Shown here one piece after another: positions 1-9,056 of a DNA stretch of 64,000 nt. This DNA is from Candidatus Poribacteria bacterium (GTDB taxonomy: Bacteria; Poribacteria; WGA-4E; WGA-3G). The DNA is taken from NCBI GenBank assembly GCA_965220065.1, contig OZ244804.1, positions 4,554,431 to 4,618,430 of the forward strand, written 5' to 3'. A model generated the notes under the pieces. It had not been told where the DNA came from. It worked only from the letters and a program-made list of their open reading frames with translations, and did no database searches. The position numbers were made by a program, and so were the translations under genes. Every line of letters begins with the position of its first letter. Position 1 is the stretch's first letter.

Positions 1-2019
1 TACTGGATTATTACCAGAGTTTAACTGTTTCAGTTTTGTCAATCCTGAAAATGGGGAGAAATCAGATATCTGAGTGTTCCAAATAAATACCTCGATAAGA
101 TTTGTCAATCCTGCGAGTGGTGATAGATCCGATAGTGGATTATTTGAAATCCATAACTCTTCCAGATTTATAGCGTGCTCAATGCCCGTCAAATCTTTAA
201 TATCCCTGTTACTTGCTCTTATAATTGTTAATGTTGCCATCTCTTGAAGCGTAATCGGAACAGTCTCCTCTTTCCCAAGTGCGTCTGCGATTACTGCACG
301 CAGGTTCGGGTCGGAAATGTATACACCCGTACCGGGGATCCGCTCTGGACGCTCTTCAGTTGGCAGAAGAACCCTATCAGGGGTATCCAACACAGAAAGC
401 ACTCGGTCAAAATTAGATCTCCACGCATCCCGTTTCATAGTACTATCTTCCAACACCTGCAATCCTAAGTTTTGTAGACTCGCATTTTCACGAACTTTTT
501 CGAGGAACACCTCGGTCTCTAATCCGACAGCGGCAGCAGCGTGCGCCGCATCAAGAGGTCTCTGAAACGCCTCGTAGAACCGTTGAACGGGTTCAATCCC
601 ACCAAAGACACCGCCCGTTGCTTCAAGTGCCTGTCTATAACGGGCAGTATCTTCGCTTACCAAACGATCCATCGTCCCTTGGTTTGTATAGAGTTGCAAC
701 GCTCTGTCTTTATTAAAGGGTGGATTCGCGTTCCGTTGAATAACAGTCCGAACCGTATCTTGAAAATCTTTCATCCCTTCGGTGTGGCATCCAATACAGG
801 ACAATCCATTGCGGACGGTCGGATCACTCGCCGCCGGATTGGAAACGATGTTTATCGGTGCTTCATTAAGGCGATTACCGCTAGCATCTACCAACAGATA
901 TGCCTGCAATCCATTCGGCAAATTAAAGATAATTTCGCCACCGTCATGAGTGAAGGAGAGCGGATGTGTAAAGATGTTCTTTGTCCCAACGCTCCCAGCA
1001 AAGTCGTAACTTTTCCAATACGCGCCATATCGAGAGGTATGACGCTCCACAACACGGTTGTGATTCGACACGCCGGAATCGTTGAAACCTGCACGCCAAA
1101 CGCGTTTGCCTGCCGCATTTCGGAGATTGCTGACGACATCCACATCAAGTTCTGCCTCTAACTCCCGATCGGTTTCAGGAAGATTCAGAATGTCGTGATA
1201 GAGTGGGGGCAATGAGGCAGTCGCAAGAAACCAATCGACATGAACGAATGGCACCTCACAATCCATTGCTTCGCGCAGATTCGTTAATTTTTTATTCAGT
1301 CCTGTCTGTGTTGGGGCGTTGAATTCAATCTCATAAGGATATTCCGCCTCAATCAACGTCCACCGATTGGTTCCAATCTCCCATTCGTAGTCACGGAGGT
1401 CGATATGGAAAATCGTCTCTTCGGGATCAATGGGCTGTGGTTTGATAACCTCGCGTCCCCAAGAAAGACTGTTCACGAGTTTCGAGAGTGCCCGTTGATA
1501 GGCGTGGAGTGCCTCTGCACTTTCACCCGCGTTATAGAGATGTGTGAGTGTAAAATAGCGTGCGAAGGTGCGGTCGAACCGAGAAAGCGAGTTGACATGC
1601 TTCTCAATGGTATCGAGCATCTTCTTGGGCGTGATGAAGGAGATATCTGTCGCAGAGGTGCCTTCCCAACTCGGTGCGCCTGCTTGAATCCAATTACCAA
1701 TCGTCAGAATCGCCGCCGGTGGGAGTTGCGGTTGACCCAACGGCATCCGTTTTGCCGGATCCTTTACAAATAACCGCCTATAGAGTTCAGATTCAATCGG
1801 TTTCCTCGGAACGACTGTGCCTGTTTCGATGAGTGCCGTATGCTCAATGATGATTTCCTCAGTAAACGCCCCATGTTCTCCATGGCAGTTGAGGCAGTTT
1901 TGCTCAAAGATCGCATACGCCTGTTGTGCAAGATTCTGCTGTGCATCAACACTGTGAGAGTTGCCCAGAATGACGGTTAACAGAGAGATGAATGCGATAA
2001 AAATTTTCCAGTTTTTCAT
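1..2019 (-). CDS. N-terminal part of a giant secreted PSCyt-cytochrome / LRR / cohesin-dockerin / T9SS-CTD paralog (copy 1); C-terminal part lies beyond the window start.
   Basis: Reverse complement of 1997..2019 reads ATGAAAAACTGGAAAATTTTT (MKNWKIF), the same N-terminus as the 2661..6686 and 9601..13662 proteins. Plus-strand shadow ORF 541..1161 parallels shadow ORFs 5226..5825 and 12145..12753 of the two full copies at a constant offset. LRR-like sequence runs into position 1. Frame continuity was not verified base by base. Confidence 0.6.
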   Translation of the reverse strand, partial: MKNWKIFIAFISLLTVILGNSHSVDAQQNLAQQAYAIFEQNCLNCHGEHGAFTEEIIIEHTALIETGTVVPRKPIESELYRRLFVKDPAKRMPLGQPQLPPAAILTIGNWIQAGAPSWEGTSATDISFITPKKMLDTIEKHVNSLSRFDRTFARYFTLTHLYNAGESAEALHAYQRALSKLVNSLSWGREVIKPQPIDPEETIFHIDLRDYEWEIGTNRWTLIEAEYPYEIEFNAPTQTGLNKKLTNLREAMDCEVPFVHVDWFLATASLPPLYHDILNLPETDRELEAELDVDVVSNLRNAAGKRVWRAGFNDSGVSNHNRVVERHTSRYGAYWKSYDFAGSVGTKNIFTHPLSFTHDGGEIIFNLPNGLQAYLLVDASGNRLNEAPINIVSNPAASDPTVRNGLSCIGCHTEGMKDFQDTVRTVIQRNANPPFNKDRALQLYTNQGTMDRLVSEDTARYRQALEATGGVFGGIEPVQRFYEAFQRPLDAAHAAAAVGLETEVFLEKVRENASLQNLGLQVLEDSTMKRDAWRSNFDRVLSVLDTPDRVLLPTEERPERIPGTGVYISDPNLRAVIADALGKEETVPITLQEMATLTIIRASNRDIKDLTGIEHAINLEELWISNNPLSDLSPLAGLTNLIEVFIWNTQISDFSPFSGLTKLKQLNSGNNPV

Positions 2020-2149
2020 GTATTTTTCCTCCTTGTCCTAAGGCTTTGATTCGCAATCTTTAAAGATATCCGCAAGCCTTGCGAATTGAAATCTTCTGGA
2101 GAGCGATAGCACGTCATAAGTTTAAATTCACATGATAGTATGTTAAAAT

Positions 2150-2302
2150 AACCCAAGTTGCCAGTTGTAGCACAAACTTTCCAGTTTGTGTCTGTGGATG
2201 CGCAAACTGAAAGTTTACGCTACAAACATCAGCGAAGCCGCCACGATTTGCGAGGCAAACGCGGCACATAAGCCTAAAATCTTATAAGTAGCAACTTGGG
2301 TT
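2150..2302. promoter_or_regulatory. Structured upstream region of copy-1 gene. Outer 12-bp inverted repeat (aacccaagttgc / gcaacttgggtt) enclosing two oppositely oriented copies of the palindromic motif TGTAGCACAAACT-N4-AGTTTGTG.
   Basis: Motif at 2166..2190 (tgtagcacaaactttccagtttgtg). At 2200..2224 gcgcaaactgaaagtttacgctaca is its reverse-orientation copy. Outer repeat arms at 2150..2161 and 2291..2302. Confidence 0.5.
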
Positions 2303-2439
2303 AAAATATTAAGACACAATTTTTAGGCAAAACCTTACATCATGGAAAAAAAGGACTGGATCAGACGGGGATATACTCGTAAGGGAGGGCACTCTTCAAT
2401 AGAGAAATACTGAATTCAGGGCATTCACTTGAGAATATG

Positions 2440-2586
2440 TTACTCAAAAGCATTTGCGACAGCAACGAGATCGAGGACATTGACGATGCCGTCACCATTG
2501 ACAGCTGGTTCAACTTTGCCGAAAGCATTTGCGACGGCGACGAAATCCAAAATGTTCACTGCCCCATCGCTGTTAACATCGTCAAC
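2440..2586 (-). pseudogene. Orphan dockerin-pair coding fragment with no start codon, lying downstream of the T9SS-CTD gene 2661..6686.
   Basis: Reverse-complement translation gives VDDVNSDGAVNILDFVAVANAFGKVEPAVNGDGIVNVLDLVAVANAFE followed by a stop, preceded by an in-frame TGA and containing no Met. Plus-strand ORF 2437..2658 is its shadow. Matches the in-frame dockerin tails of genes 13699.. and 19309.. Confidence 0.65.
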
Positions 2587-2660
2587 TCAACCCATTCATC
2601 CGCGATGACTAGGAGATCCAATGAACATCAGCATCCTAGCCATCATAAGGTCATTTGATA

Positions 2661-5600
2661 CTATTTTACGATAACCATTCTCCGCGAATACGATAAACCC
2701 TCCGCCTGCAGTTGGTAGAAATAGACACCACTGGCAACGCGCTCACCGACAGCGTTTCTGCCATCCCAATAGGCGGCGCGACTCCGACCTGTATAATAGC
2801 CTTCATGCTGGTGTCCGAGATTCAGTTGGTGGACGATGGTCCCCCGCATGTCATAGATAGTGATTGTCACCTCACTGGGATTTGCCAAATGATACGGTAT
2901 CCATGTCTCTGGGTTGAACGGATTCGGATAGTTCGGGAGTAGTGCTGTCTCTGCAGGAATTAGTGATGCTAAGAGGCGTTGAAGGTTGGCGATACCTTCT
3001 TGGAAGGCAATGGAGCCGTCATCTTCAAGTTGTGCTTGTTTGATCCACGCTTGTATCATCGCAGGGTTCAATTCGTCCATGCTATCCATAGCAAGAATAG
3101 AAGGCGAAGCTGAAGCTGTTGATTTACCCATGTTCTGCGAGACAAGAATGAGATCCAAGATGTTAACAATTCCATCGCCATTTAGGTCAACATCTGAGTT
3201 GGCGGGGACGGTTTTTCCAAGGTGGCGAGCCACAAGCACCATATCCAGAATGCTCACCTGACCATCCCGATTCACATCTCCAGTAACCTGTTTCCCCTTT
3301 ACAGTAATGACGACCTCATGCGGTCCTGCCTCGATCAGTTTGCCGGTAATAGAAGCGAGTTGAAGGTTATCGAGTCGCAATTGCGTTTGTCCAGCAGTTT
3401 TTGCCGTAAATGTTACTGACAACAGAGCACCTGTGCCACTGACCCCGTCTTCGCTGAGCCTTGCTGAACTCAGCCCCTTAATCTTACCCGATCGATTCTC
3501 AATCGTTCCCCTCTGAAAGAAGGTCGCTCCGCCTTGTGTTTTCAGGAAATTGCCTTCGTTGACCTCAACGGCTTCAAGCACAGCGGAGTCATAAGCAATA
3601 TCAAATTGCCATCCCGCTAAATTGTAGATATCCTCTGCCCTAATTTCGAGCGTAAACGTATTCCCGGCATCGATGATAGGTTGGGAAAATACGTATCCGA
3701 CACGCGGGTTTAACACGGTATACTCTGCCTCTGGGTTAAATCCCCAAAAACCGTTACCCGTCGTTGCTGTTGCAACTAACAAGACATTTGCTCCCTCTTT
3801 GAGCGTAACAGGGACGAAATGTTGGTAATCCGATCCGCTTAAACCCCGTTTCTCATGAACCAAAGCACCGTTGAGCCAGGCTTTACCACCGTCGCTATTC
3901 CCTACACACAGCGTCACCTCTTGTTCCCGGGGTGCATACAAAACAACACATCCATAAATAACACCATGCCGAATAGGAGGCATTAACACCTCCTCGCTAA
4001 TTTCACCCCGCCCCGTAGGCGATATTTTGTCGGAATACCAGAGGTTATCTCCAACAGGATTCCCTTCGGTCGCGCCATGGGTTGAAACCTTTACTTCTGT
4101 CACCGAGCCACCACTCGCTTCTGCAAGGTAATCTATTCGACCTTCAGGATTAAAATTTATCCCCGGCAGTAGCACCCATAACCAGGGACCCTCTATTTTA
4201 GGTCCCCCCTGAGGGAAACCCGGATTTTGGTGCCAGATGATTTTTAGATCCTCTCGTAATCCATCTAAAGGCGAAAAGTCAGATATCATATTTTCGCCAA
4301 CGTGCAACCATGTCAACTGCTTTAATTGGGCAAGGGGCGACACGTCCGATATTTCGTTTTTTGGAAGTTCTAACCATTTCAGGTTGGTTAGTTTCGCTAA
4401 GGGCGATATATCCGATATACCATTGCCAGTAAGATCTAAACGCGTTAACCCCATCAATTTCGCCACAGGTGTGACATCCGATACCCTGGAAAAGCGAAGA
4501 TACAGTTGTTTCAAATTTCTTGCCCCCTCCAGGGTTGATACATCAGGCTCCCCCCCACAAATATCTATAGTTTCAAGCCCTACGAGTGGTGATAGATCAG
4601 ATAATGGATTCCCCCAAGAATCAAACCTTTCCAGATTCGATAAACCCACCAAAGGTGAGAGATTCGATATATTGTTATGGCTAACCTTCAGAAGTTGAAG
4701 ATTCTTTAATCCCGTCAGCGGCGATAAGTCACTTATTTCATTGCTACTAATATCTAAGAGATCCAGTTTTGTTAATCCCTCTATAGGGGATATGTCGGAT
4801 ATTTGGTTTCCCTGAATTTCTAACCGTTCCAGATTTGTTGCGAACTCAAGTCCCGCCAAATCGCTGATGTCCTTGTCTGCAGCAGTAAGCCGCTCCAACA
4901 TCATCATCTCTTCCACTGTAATTGGGGTGTTTGGTGTTTTTCCGATTTCTTCTTCAATGACCGCACGCAAATTCGGGTCGGGGATGTAAACAGATGCCCC
5001 AGGGATGCGTTCCGTCTGCGGATCAACTGAAATCACTACATCCGGGAAATCCAACGCAAACACAATTTCACTGAACTTCGATGTCCATGTATCCCTTTTC
5101 ATCGTGCCATTTTCTAAGACTAACACCCCTAAACTCTTCAAATTCGCGGAGGCACGAATCCTCTTCAGAAACGCCTCGGTCTCCAACCCAACGGCGGCAG
5201 CGGCATACGCCGCATCCACCGGTCTTTGAAATGCCTCGTGGAACCGTTGGACGGGTTCAATCCCACCAAACACATCGCCGGTCGCTTTCAGTGCTTGTTT
5301 GTAGCGATCGGTATCCTCCGCGAGGAGTCCCGCCATCGTCACTTTGTCTGTATAGAGTTGCAACGCCCGGTCTTTGTTAAAGGGTGGATTCGGGTTCTTC
5401 TGAACAACGCCACGCACCTGATCTTCAAAATCCTTCATCCCCTCGGTGTGGCAACCGATACAGGAGAGTCCGTTACGGACAGTCGGATCACTTGCAGCCG
5501 GATTGCGAACGATATTTATGGGTGCCTCATCAAGTCGTCTGCCGCCGGCATCCGAGAGATAGTATGCCTGCAAACCGTTGGGCAGGTTGAAGATAACCTC

Positions 5601-6686
5601 GCCGCCATCATGGGTGAAAGAGAGTGGATGTGTAAAGATGTTCTGTGTGCCGACACTCCCGGCGAAGTCGTAACTCTTCCAATACGCACCGTATCGAGAG
5701 GTATGGCGCTCAACGACGCGGTTGTGATTGGATACACCCGAATCGCTGAAACCTGCACGCCAGACGCGCTTTCCTGCTGCATTCCGAAGATTTTCAACAA
5801 CATTTACCTCAAGTCGTTCCTCTAATTCTCGATCGGTTTCTGGAAGGTCTAAGATGTCATGATAAAGTGGCGGCAAGGAGGCGGTCGCAAGAAACCAATC
5901 GACATGAATGAACGGCACCTCACACGCCATCGCTTCGCGTAGATTCCTCAGTTTTTCACGTAGACTCGTTTGTGTGGGTGCGTTGAATTCAATCTCGTAA
6001 GGATATTCCGCCTCAATCAATGTCCACCGATTGGTTCCGATTTCCCATTCGTAATCCCGGAGGTCAATATAAAAGATGGTTTCTTCCGGATCAATAGGCT
6101 TTGGGACGATAACGTTGCGTCCCCAGGAGAGACTGTTCACGAGTTTCGAGAGTGCTCGCTGATAGGCATGGAGTGCTTCCGCACTCTCACCCGCATTATA
6201 GAGATGTGTGAGTGTAAAATAGCGTGCGAAGGTGCGGTCGAACGGAGAAAGGGAGCTGACGTGCTTCTCAATGGTATCAAGCATCTTCTTGGGCGTGATG
6301 AAGGAGCCATCTGTCGCAGAGGTGTCCTCCCAATCCGGTGCCCCTGCTTGAATCCAATTTCCGATGGTTACAATCGCGGCACCGGACAGTCGAGGTTGAC
6401 CCAATGGCATCCGTTTGGCAGGATCATCTACAAGCAACCGCCGATAGAGTTCGGATTCAATCGCGGGTTTCCCCGGAACAACTGCGCCTGTTTCGATGAG
6501 TGCTGTGTGATCAATGATGATTTCTTCAGTAAATGCGCCGTGTTCGCCATGGCAATTAAGACAACTTTGCTCAAAAACCGCATACGTCTGTTGGGCGAGA
6601 TTTTGCTGTGCATTAACAGTGTGAGAGTTGCCCAAAATGAGGGTCAATAGGGAAACGAATGTGATAAAAATTTTCCAGTTTTTCAT
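2661..6686 (-). CDS. Giant secreted multidomain protein (copy 2). Signal peptide, c-type cytochrome domain with CLNCH plus a second CIGCH motif (Planctomycete-cytochrome-like), large uncharacterized domain, internalin-type LRRs, beta-sandwich region, type-I-like cohesin, dockerin pair, T9SS type-A C-terminal sorting domain.
   Basis: N-term MKNWKIFITFVSLLTLILGNSHTVNA. CXXCH motifs CLNCHGEHG and LSCIGCHTEG. LRR repeats ISDLSPLxGLxNL. Cohesin-like WQFDIAYDSAVLEAVEVNEGNF. Dockerin DVNRDGQVSILDMVLVARHLGK...DLNGDGIVNILDLILV. C-term LLPNYPNPFNPETWIPY...IYDMRGTIV...WDGRN..GERVASGVYFYQLQA....MVIVK matches the Por_Secre_tail consensus. RBS caaggaggaaaaacacATG. Confidence 0.8.
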   Translation of the reverse strand: MKNWKIFITFVSLLTLILGNSHTVNAQQNLAQQTYAVFEQSCLNCHGEHGAFTEEIIIDHTALIETGAVVPGKPAIESELYRRLLVDDPAKRMPLGQPRLSGAAIVTIGNWIQAGAPDWEDTSATDGSFITPKKMLDTIEKHVSSLSPFDRTFARYFTLTHLYNAGESAEALHAYQRALSKLVNSLSWGRNVIVPKPIDPEETIFYIDLRDYEWEIGTNRWTLIEAEYPYEIEFNAPTQTSLREKLRNLREAMACEVPFIHVDWFLATASLPPLYHDILDLPETDRELEERLEVNVVENLRNAAGKRVWRAGFSDSGVSNHNRVVERHTSRYGAYWKSYDFAGSVGTQNIFTHPLSFTHDGGEVIFNLPNGLQAYYLSDAGGRRLDEAPINIVRNPAASDPTVRNGLSCIGCHTEGMKDFEDQVRGVVQKNPNPPFNKDRALQLYTDKVTMAGLLAEDTDRYKQALKATGDVFGGIEPVQRFHEAFQRPVDAAYAAAAVGLETEAFLKRIRASANLKSLGVLVLENGTMKRDTWTSKFSEIVFALDFPDVVISVDPQTERIPGASVYIPDPNLRAVIEEEIGKTPNTPITVEEMMMLERLTAADKDISDLAGLEFATNLERLEIQGNQISDISPIEGLTKLDLLDISSNEISDLSPLTGLKNLQLLKVSHNNISNLSPLVGLSNLERFDSWGNPLSDLSPLVGLETIDICGGEPDVSTLEGARNLKQLYLRFSRVSDVTPVAKLMGLTRLDLTGNGISDISPLAKLTNLKWLELPKNEISDVSPLAQLKQLTWLHVGENMISDFSPLDGLREDLKIIWHQNPGFPQGGPKIEGPWLWVLLPGINFNPEGRIDYLAEASGGSVTEVKVSTHGATEGNPVGDNLWYSDKISPTGRGEISEEVLMPPIRHGVIYGCVVLYAPREQEVTLCVGNSDGGKAWLNGALVHEKRGLSGSDYQHFVPVTLKEGANVLLVATATTGNGFWGFNPEAEYTVLNPRVGYVFSQPIIDAGNTFTLEIRAEDIYNLAGWQFDIAYDSAVLEAVEVNEGNFLKTQGGATFFQRGTIENRSGKIKGLSSARLSEDGVSGTGALLSVTFTAKTAGQTQLRLDNLQLASITGKLIEAGPHEVVITVKGKQVTGDVNRDGQVSILDMVLVARHLGKTVPANSDVDLNGDGIVNILDLILVSQNMGKSTASASPSILAMDSMDELNPAMIQAWIKQAQLEDDGSIAFQEGIANLQRLLASLIPAETALLPNYPNPFNPETWIPYHLANPSEVTITIYDMRGTIVHQLNLGHQHEGYYTGRSRAAYWDGRNAVGERVASGVYFYQLQAEGLSYSRRMVIVK

Positions 6687-6839
6687 GTGTTTTTCCTCCT
6701 TGTACGACTAAGGGTTTGATTAATAAGTTATAGTAGATTTCTATGACTTTAGCTTTTTTCCAGAGGTATTCGCGACGATAACGAGATTCAGGACATTCAT
6801 AATCCATTACCGTATAACAGTTGGAGATGAAATCACCTT

Positions 6840-9056
6840 CTATTTCAGATAAATCTCACCGTCTAAATCAGAAAGGGTGTGATTCACACCAGTAACTCCA
6901 CTTGTGACAGCGGATGCCTGCTCCGGTAAACGAATCTTCTGTTGCTTTCCGCTACGGTTGTAGACTGCCCAACCGTTGGTGAACTCACGGATGAATACAC
7001 CCTCGCTGTCGTCGTAAAGTTGACCCTTCGTTTCATCACCTCCGATCGGACGACCCAAGGGAGCGTCATAGAACCGGTAGTAGTATTTGGAGTGGTGATC
7101 AACATTTTCAAGACGGGCATGTCCCTCTAACTGTGCTTCAGTGCGTCCAACGCTAAATAAAACATAACCATCAGAATGTGTGAGAGTGAGGGTGGTAGTA
7201 ACACGCATCATTTGCTTATTGAGTGGAGAATCTAATGGTTCAGTCGGTACTGCGAAAACTTCAAGAGCATTTATTTGAGGTTCGCGCAGGTTTTTCTCTG
7301 ACCATAACAAGGTACTTTCTATTTCTTGGAGTCCAGCATGAGTCAAATAACCATCCTCATTGTCCCACAAACTTCCTATGAAGGCACCATTGATGTACGG
7401 AGCAGAACACCGAGCTTTAGACTGGTTCGTGTTAACAATAATCAGAAAATCGTCGCCAACGGCTTCACGCATACGACGGAGCATAGAAATTCTCGCTTCC
7501 CACTCATCATAGGTATAATTTAGATGAGGATTTGTACTATTTTCGTTCCACCAATTCAGGAACATACCATCATAGATACCACTCTTGGCAATAGCAACGG
7601 CTTGTTGGACGAAATGATTTTGAGCACTGGGATACGTCCAGTCTATGAGAAGTTCACCCCAACCTACGTCTTGAATTCTATCTCCATTTTCATCCCTTAA
7701 CCAATATGGCCAATCCTCTGGATAAACTTCTGGTGGTGCCCCATAATAGTATATTGCCGCAAGCAGTAAATGATTTGGATTTAGTTTCTGTACCTCACTT
7801 CTTTCATTCTGAATATGCTCTCCTTCTGCTACAAGCAACTGAGATCCATCAGGTGTAAAGTGCCACTGGGCACTGCGGAATGACCCTACTACAAACAGAT
7901 CATGATAACTCAACATCTCTTTATGATACGACCATTCCCATATATTATCGGGTCTTGGATAGTTTAGTAGTTGATGATCCCACATTCCAAAAACAGAAGG
8001 ATATGTTCTGTTTTCAACGCGTTCTACGATGCTCGGTCTATCGGACAGTCTAAGTGAATTCTCCGATGTATTGGGGGTTGAGACCTTCTCAGAAACCTGT
8101 AAACCGGCACTATTGCTTTTACTGATGGTCGTAACTTGCCCAATCTGATTTCGCACGGAGGGTTTTGCGTCAGTCTCAAGGACGATAGGGGCATCAATAA
8201 TTTCAACGGTAGGTTCGGATTCAGCCTCGAAGCTGTAAGGTTTTTGAAAATGTGCGAGGTATTGGTTGCTAACACTGAGCATCAATAGGGTTACTAAAAC
8301 CACAGCTGTCCCAAAAGCCGCCCAGGGGAGCAACGGTTTCGTAGCCGAGGGTGGGGTCAGTTTCAGATCAGCGACTTGCTGCATGACGTTCTGGGTTAAA
8401 TTCGCCGATATCTGCACACTGCCCAGAACCTCTTGAACCAAGGCTTCTTCTTTCTCCCGTAAACGTTTACGTGCCCGACTCAGACGACTACTGATCGTCT
8501 TTACGGAAACGCCCAAGAACTTACTAATCTCCTTCATTGTCATTTCGCCGAGATAGAAAAGCGTCATGACGGTGCGTTCACTCTCCGGCAGTTTTTCAAG
8601 AAGTTTTTTCACGACTTCACGCCGGCGTTCCTCGGCTTCTGCCTCGCGGTGCTCCGACAAATAGTGAGTATAGGAGAGTTTTTCTACTTCATCCACGCGT
8701 GTATCCTCCAGCGATTGCATCGTAGATTTTTGTTTTCGCAGCCAATCCAGGCAACGCCGATTCGCCATGACATAGAGCCATCCGGCAAATTGATAGGGAT
8801 CTCTGAGGGTCGGGAGTTTTTTATAGACTTGGAGGAAGGTGTCTTGGGTAATCTCTTCAGCATAGTGAAAATCGCCAATCTTTCGCCATACAAGCGCATG
8901 AACGCTCTTCTGGTACTTGTCGACCAAGATGCTGAACGCTACATCATCACCTGATAAAATTCTCTGTATCAATTGAACATCGTCTTCTCTTTCCATCAGG
9001 ATTCTCCATGATTCATGAATAGATTTCGCAGCTTTGAACGTTCCCTTTTCTGGCAA
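6840..9056 (-). CDS. ECF sigma-70 factor fused in one polypeptide to a transmembrane helix and a large extracytoplasmic glycoside-hydrolase-like (GHL) TIM-barrel-type domain.
   Basis: N-terminal sigma-70 region 2 (HALVWRKIGDFHYAEEITQDTFLQVYKKL) and region 4 (ERTVMTLFYLGEMTMKEISKFLGVSVKTISSRLSRARKRL). Hydrophobic segment LLPWAAFGTAVVLVTLLMLSV. C-terminal approx 430 aa shared with genes 13699, 16242, 19309 and 21678 (YPSVF..YHDLF..NPNLLLL..YPEDWPYWLRD..IDWTYP..AVAIAKSGIYDGMFLNWW..DDFLIIVNT..YINGAF..REPQIN..THSDGYVLF..FIREFTNGWAVYNRSG..DLDGEIYLK). The xDFTHPxVQxxIIQQxxEVAKCGIFDGIxxDxW stretch resembles the active-site region of GHL10/DUF187-type hydrolases (inference). Confidence 0.8.
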   Translation of the reverse strand: MPEKGTFKAAKSIHESWRILMEREDDVQLIQRILSGDDVAFSILVDKYQKSVHALVWRKIGDFHYAEEITQDTFLQVYKKLPTLRDPYQFAGWLYVMANRRCLDWLRKQKSTMQSLEDTRVDEVEKLSYTHYLSEHREAEAEERRREVVKKLLEKLPESERTVMTLFYLGEMTMKEISKFLGVSVKTISSRLSRARKRLREKEEALVQEVLGSVQISANLTQNVMQQVADLKLTPPSATKPLLPWAAFGTAVVLVTLLMLSVSNQYLAHFQKPYSFEAESEPTVEIIDAPIVLETDAKPSVRNQIGQVTTISKSNSAGLQVSEKVSTPNTSENSLRLSDRPSIVERVENRTYPSVFGMWDHQLLNYPRPDNIWEWSYHKEMLSYHDLFVVGSFRSAQWHFTPDGSQLLVAEGEHIQNERSEVQKLNPNHLLLAAIYYYGAPPEVYPEDWPYWLRDENGDRIQDVGWGELLIDWTYPSAQNHFVQQAVAIAKSGIYDGMFLNWWNENSTNPHLNYTYDEWEARISMLRRMREAVGDDFLIIVNTNQSKARCSAPYINGAFIGSLWDNEDGYLTHAGLQEIESTLLWSEKNLREPQINALEVFAVPTEPLDSPLNKQMMRVTTTLTLTHSDGYVLFSVGRTEAQLEGHARLENVDHHSKYYYRFYDAPLGRPIGGDETKGQLYDDSEGVFIREFTNGWAVYNRSGKQQKIRLPEQASAVTSGVTGVNHTLSDLDGEIYLK

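Noticed and set aside
541-1161. Plus-strand ORFs 541..1161, 5226..5825, 12145..12753, 4237..4698, 11018..11461, 5970..6650, 13243..13860 and others inside the giant minus-strand genes.
   Set aside because: They are antisense shadow frames of the high-complexity minus-strand genes. They recur at identical offsets in each paralog and have no independent motifs.
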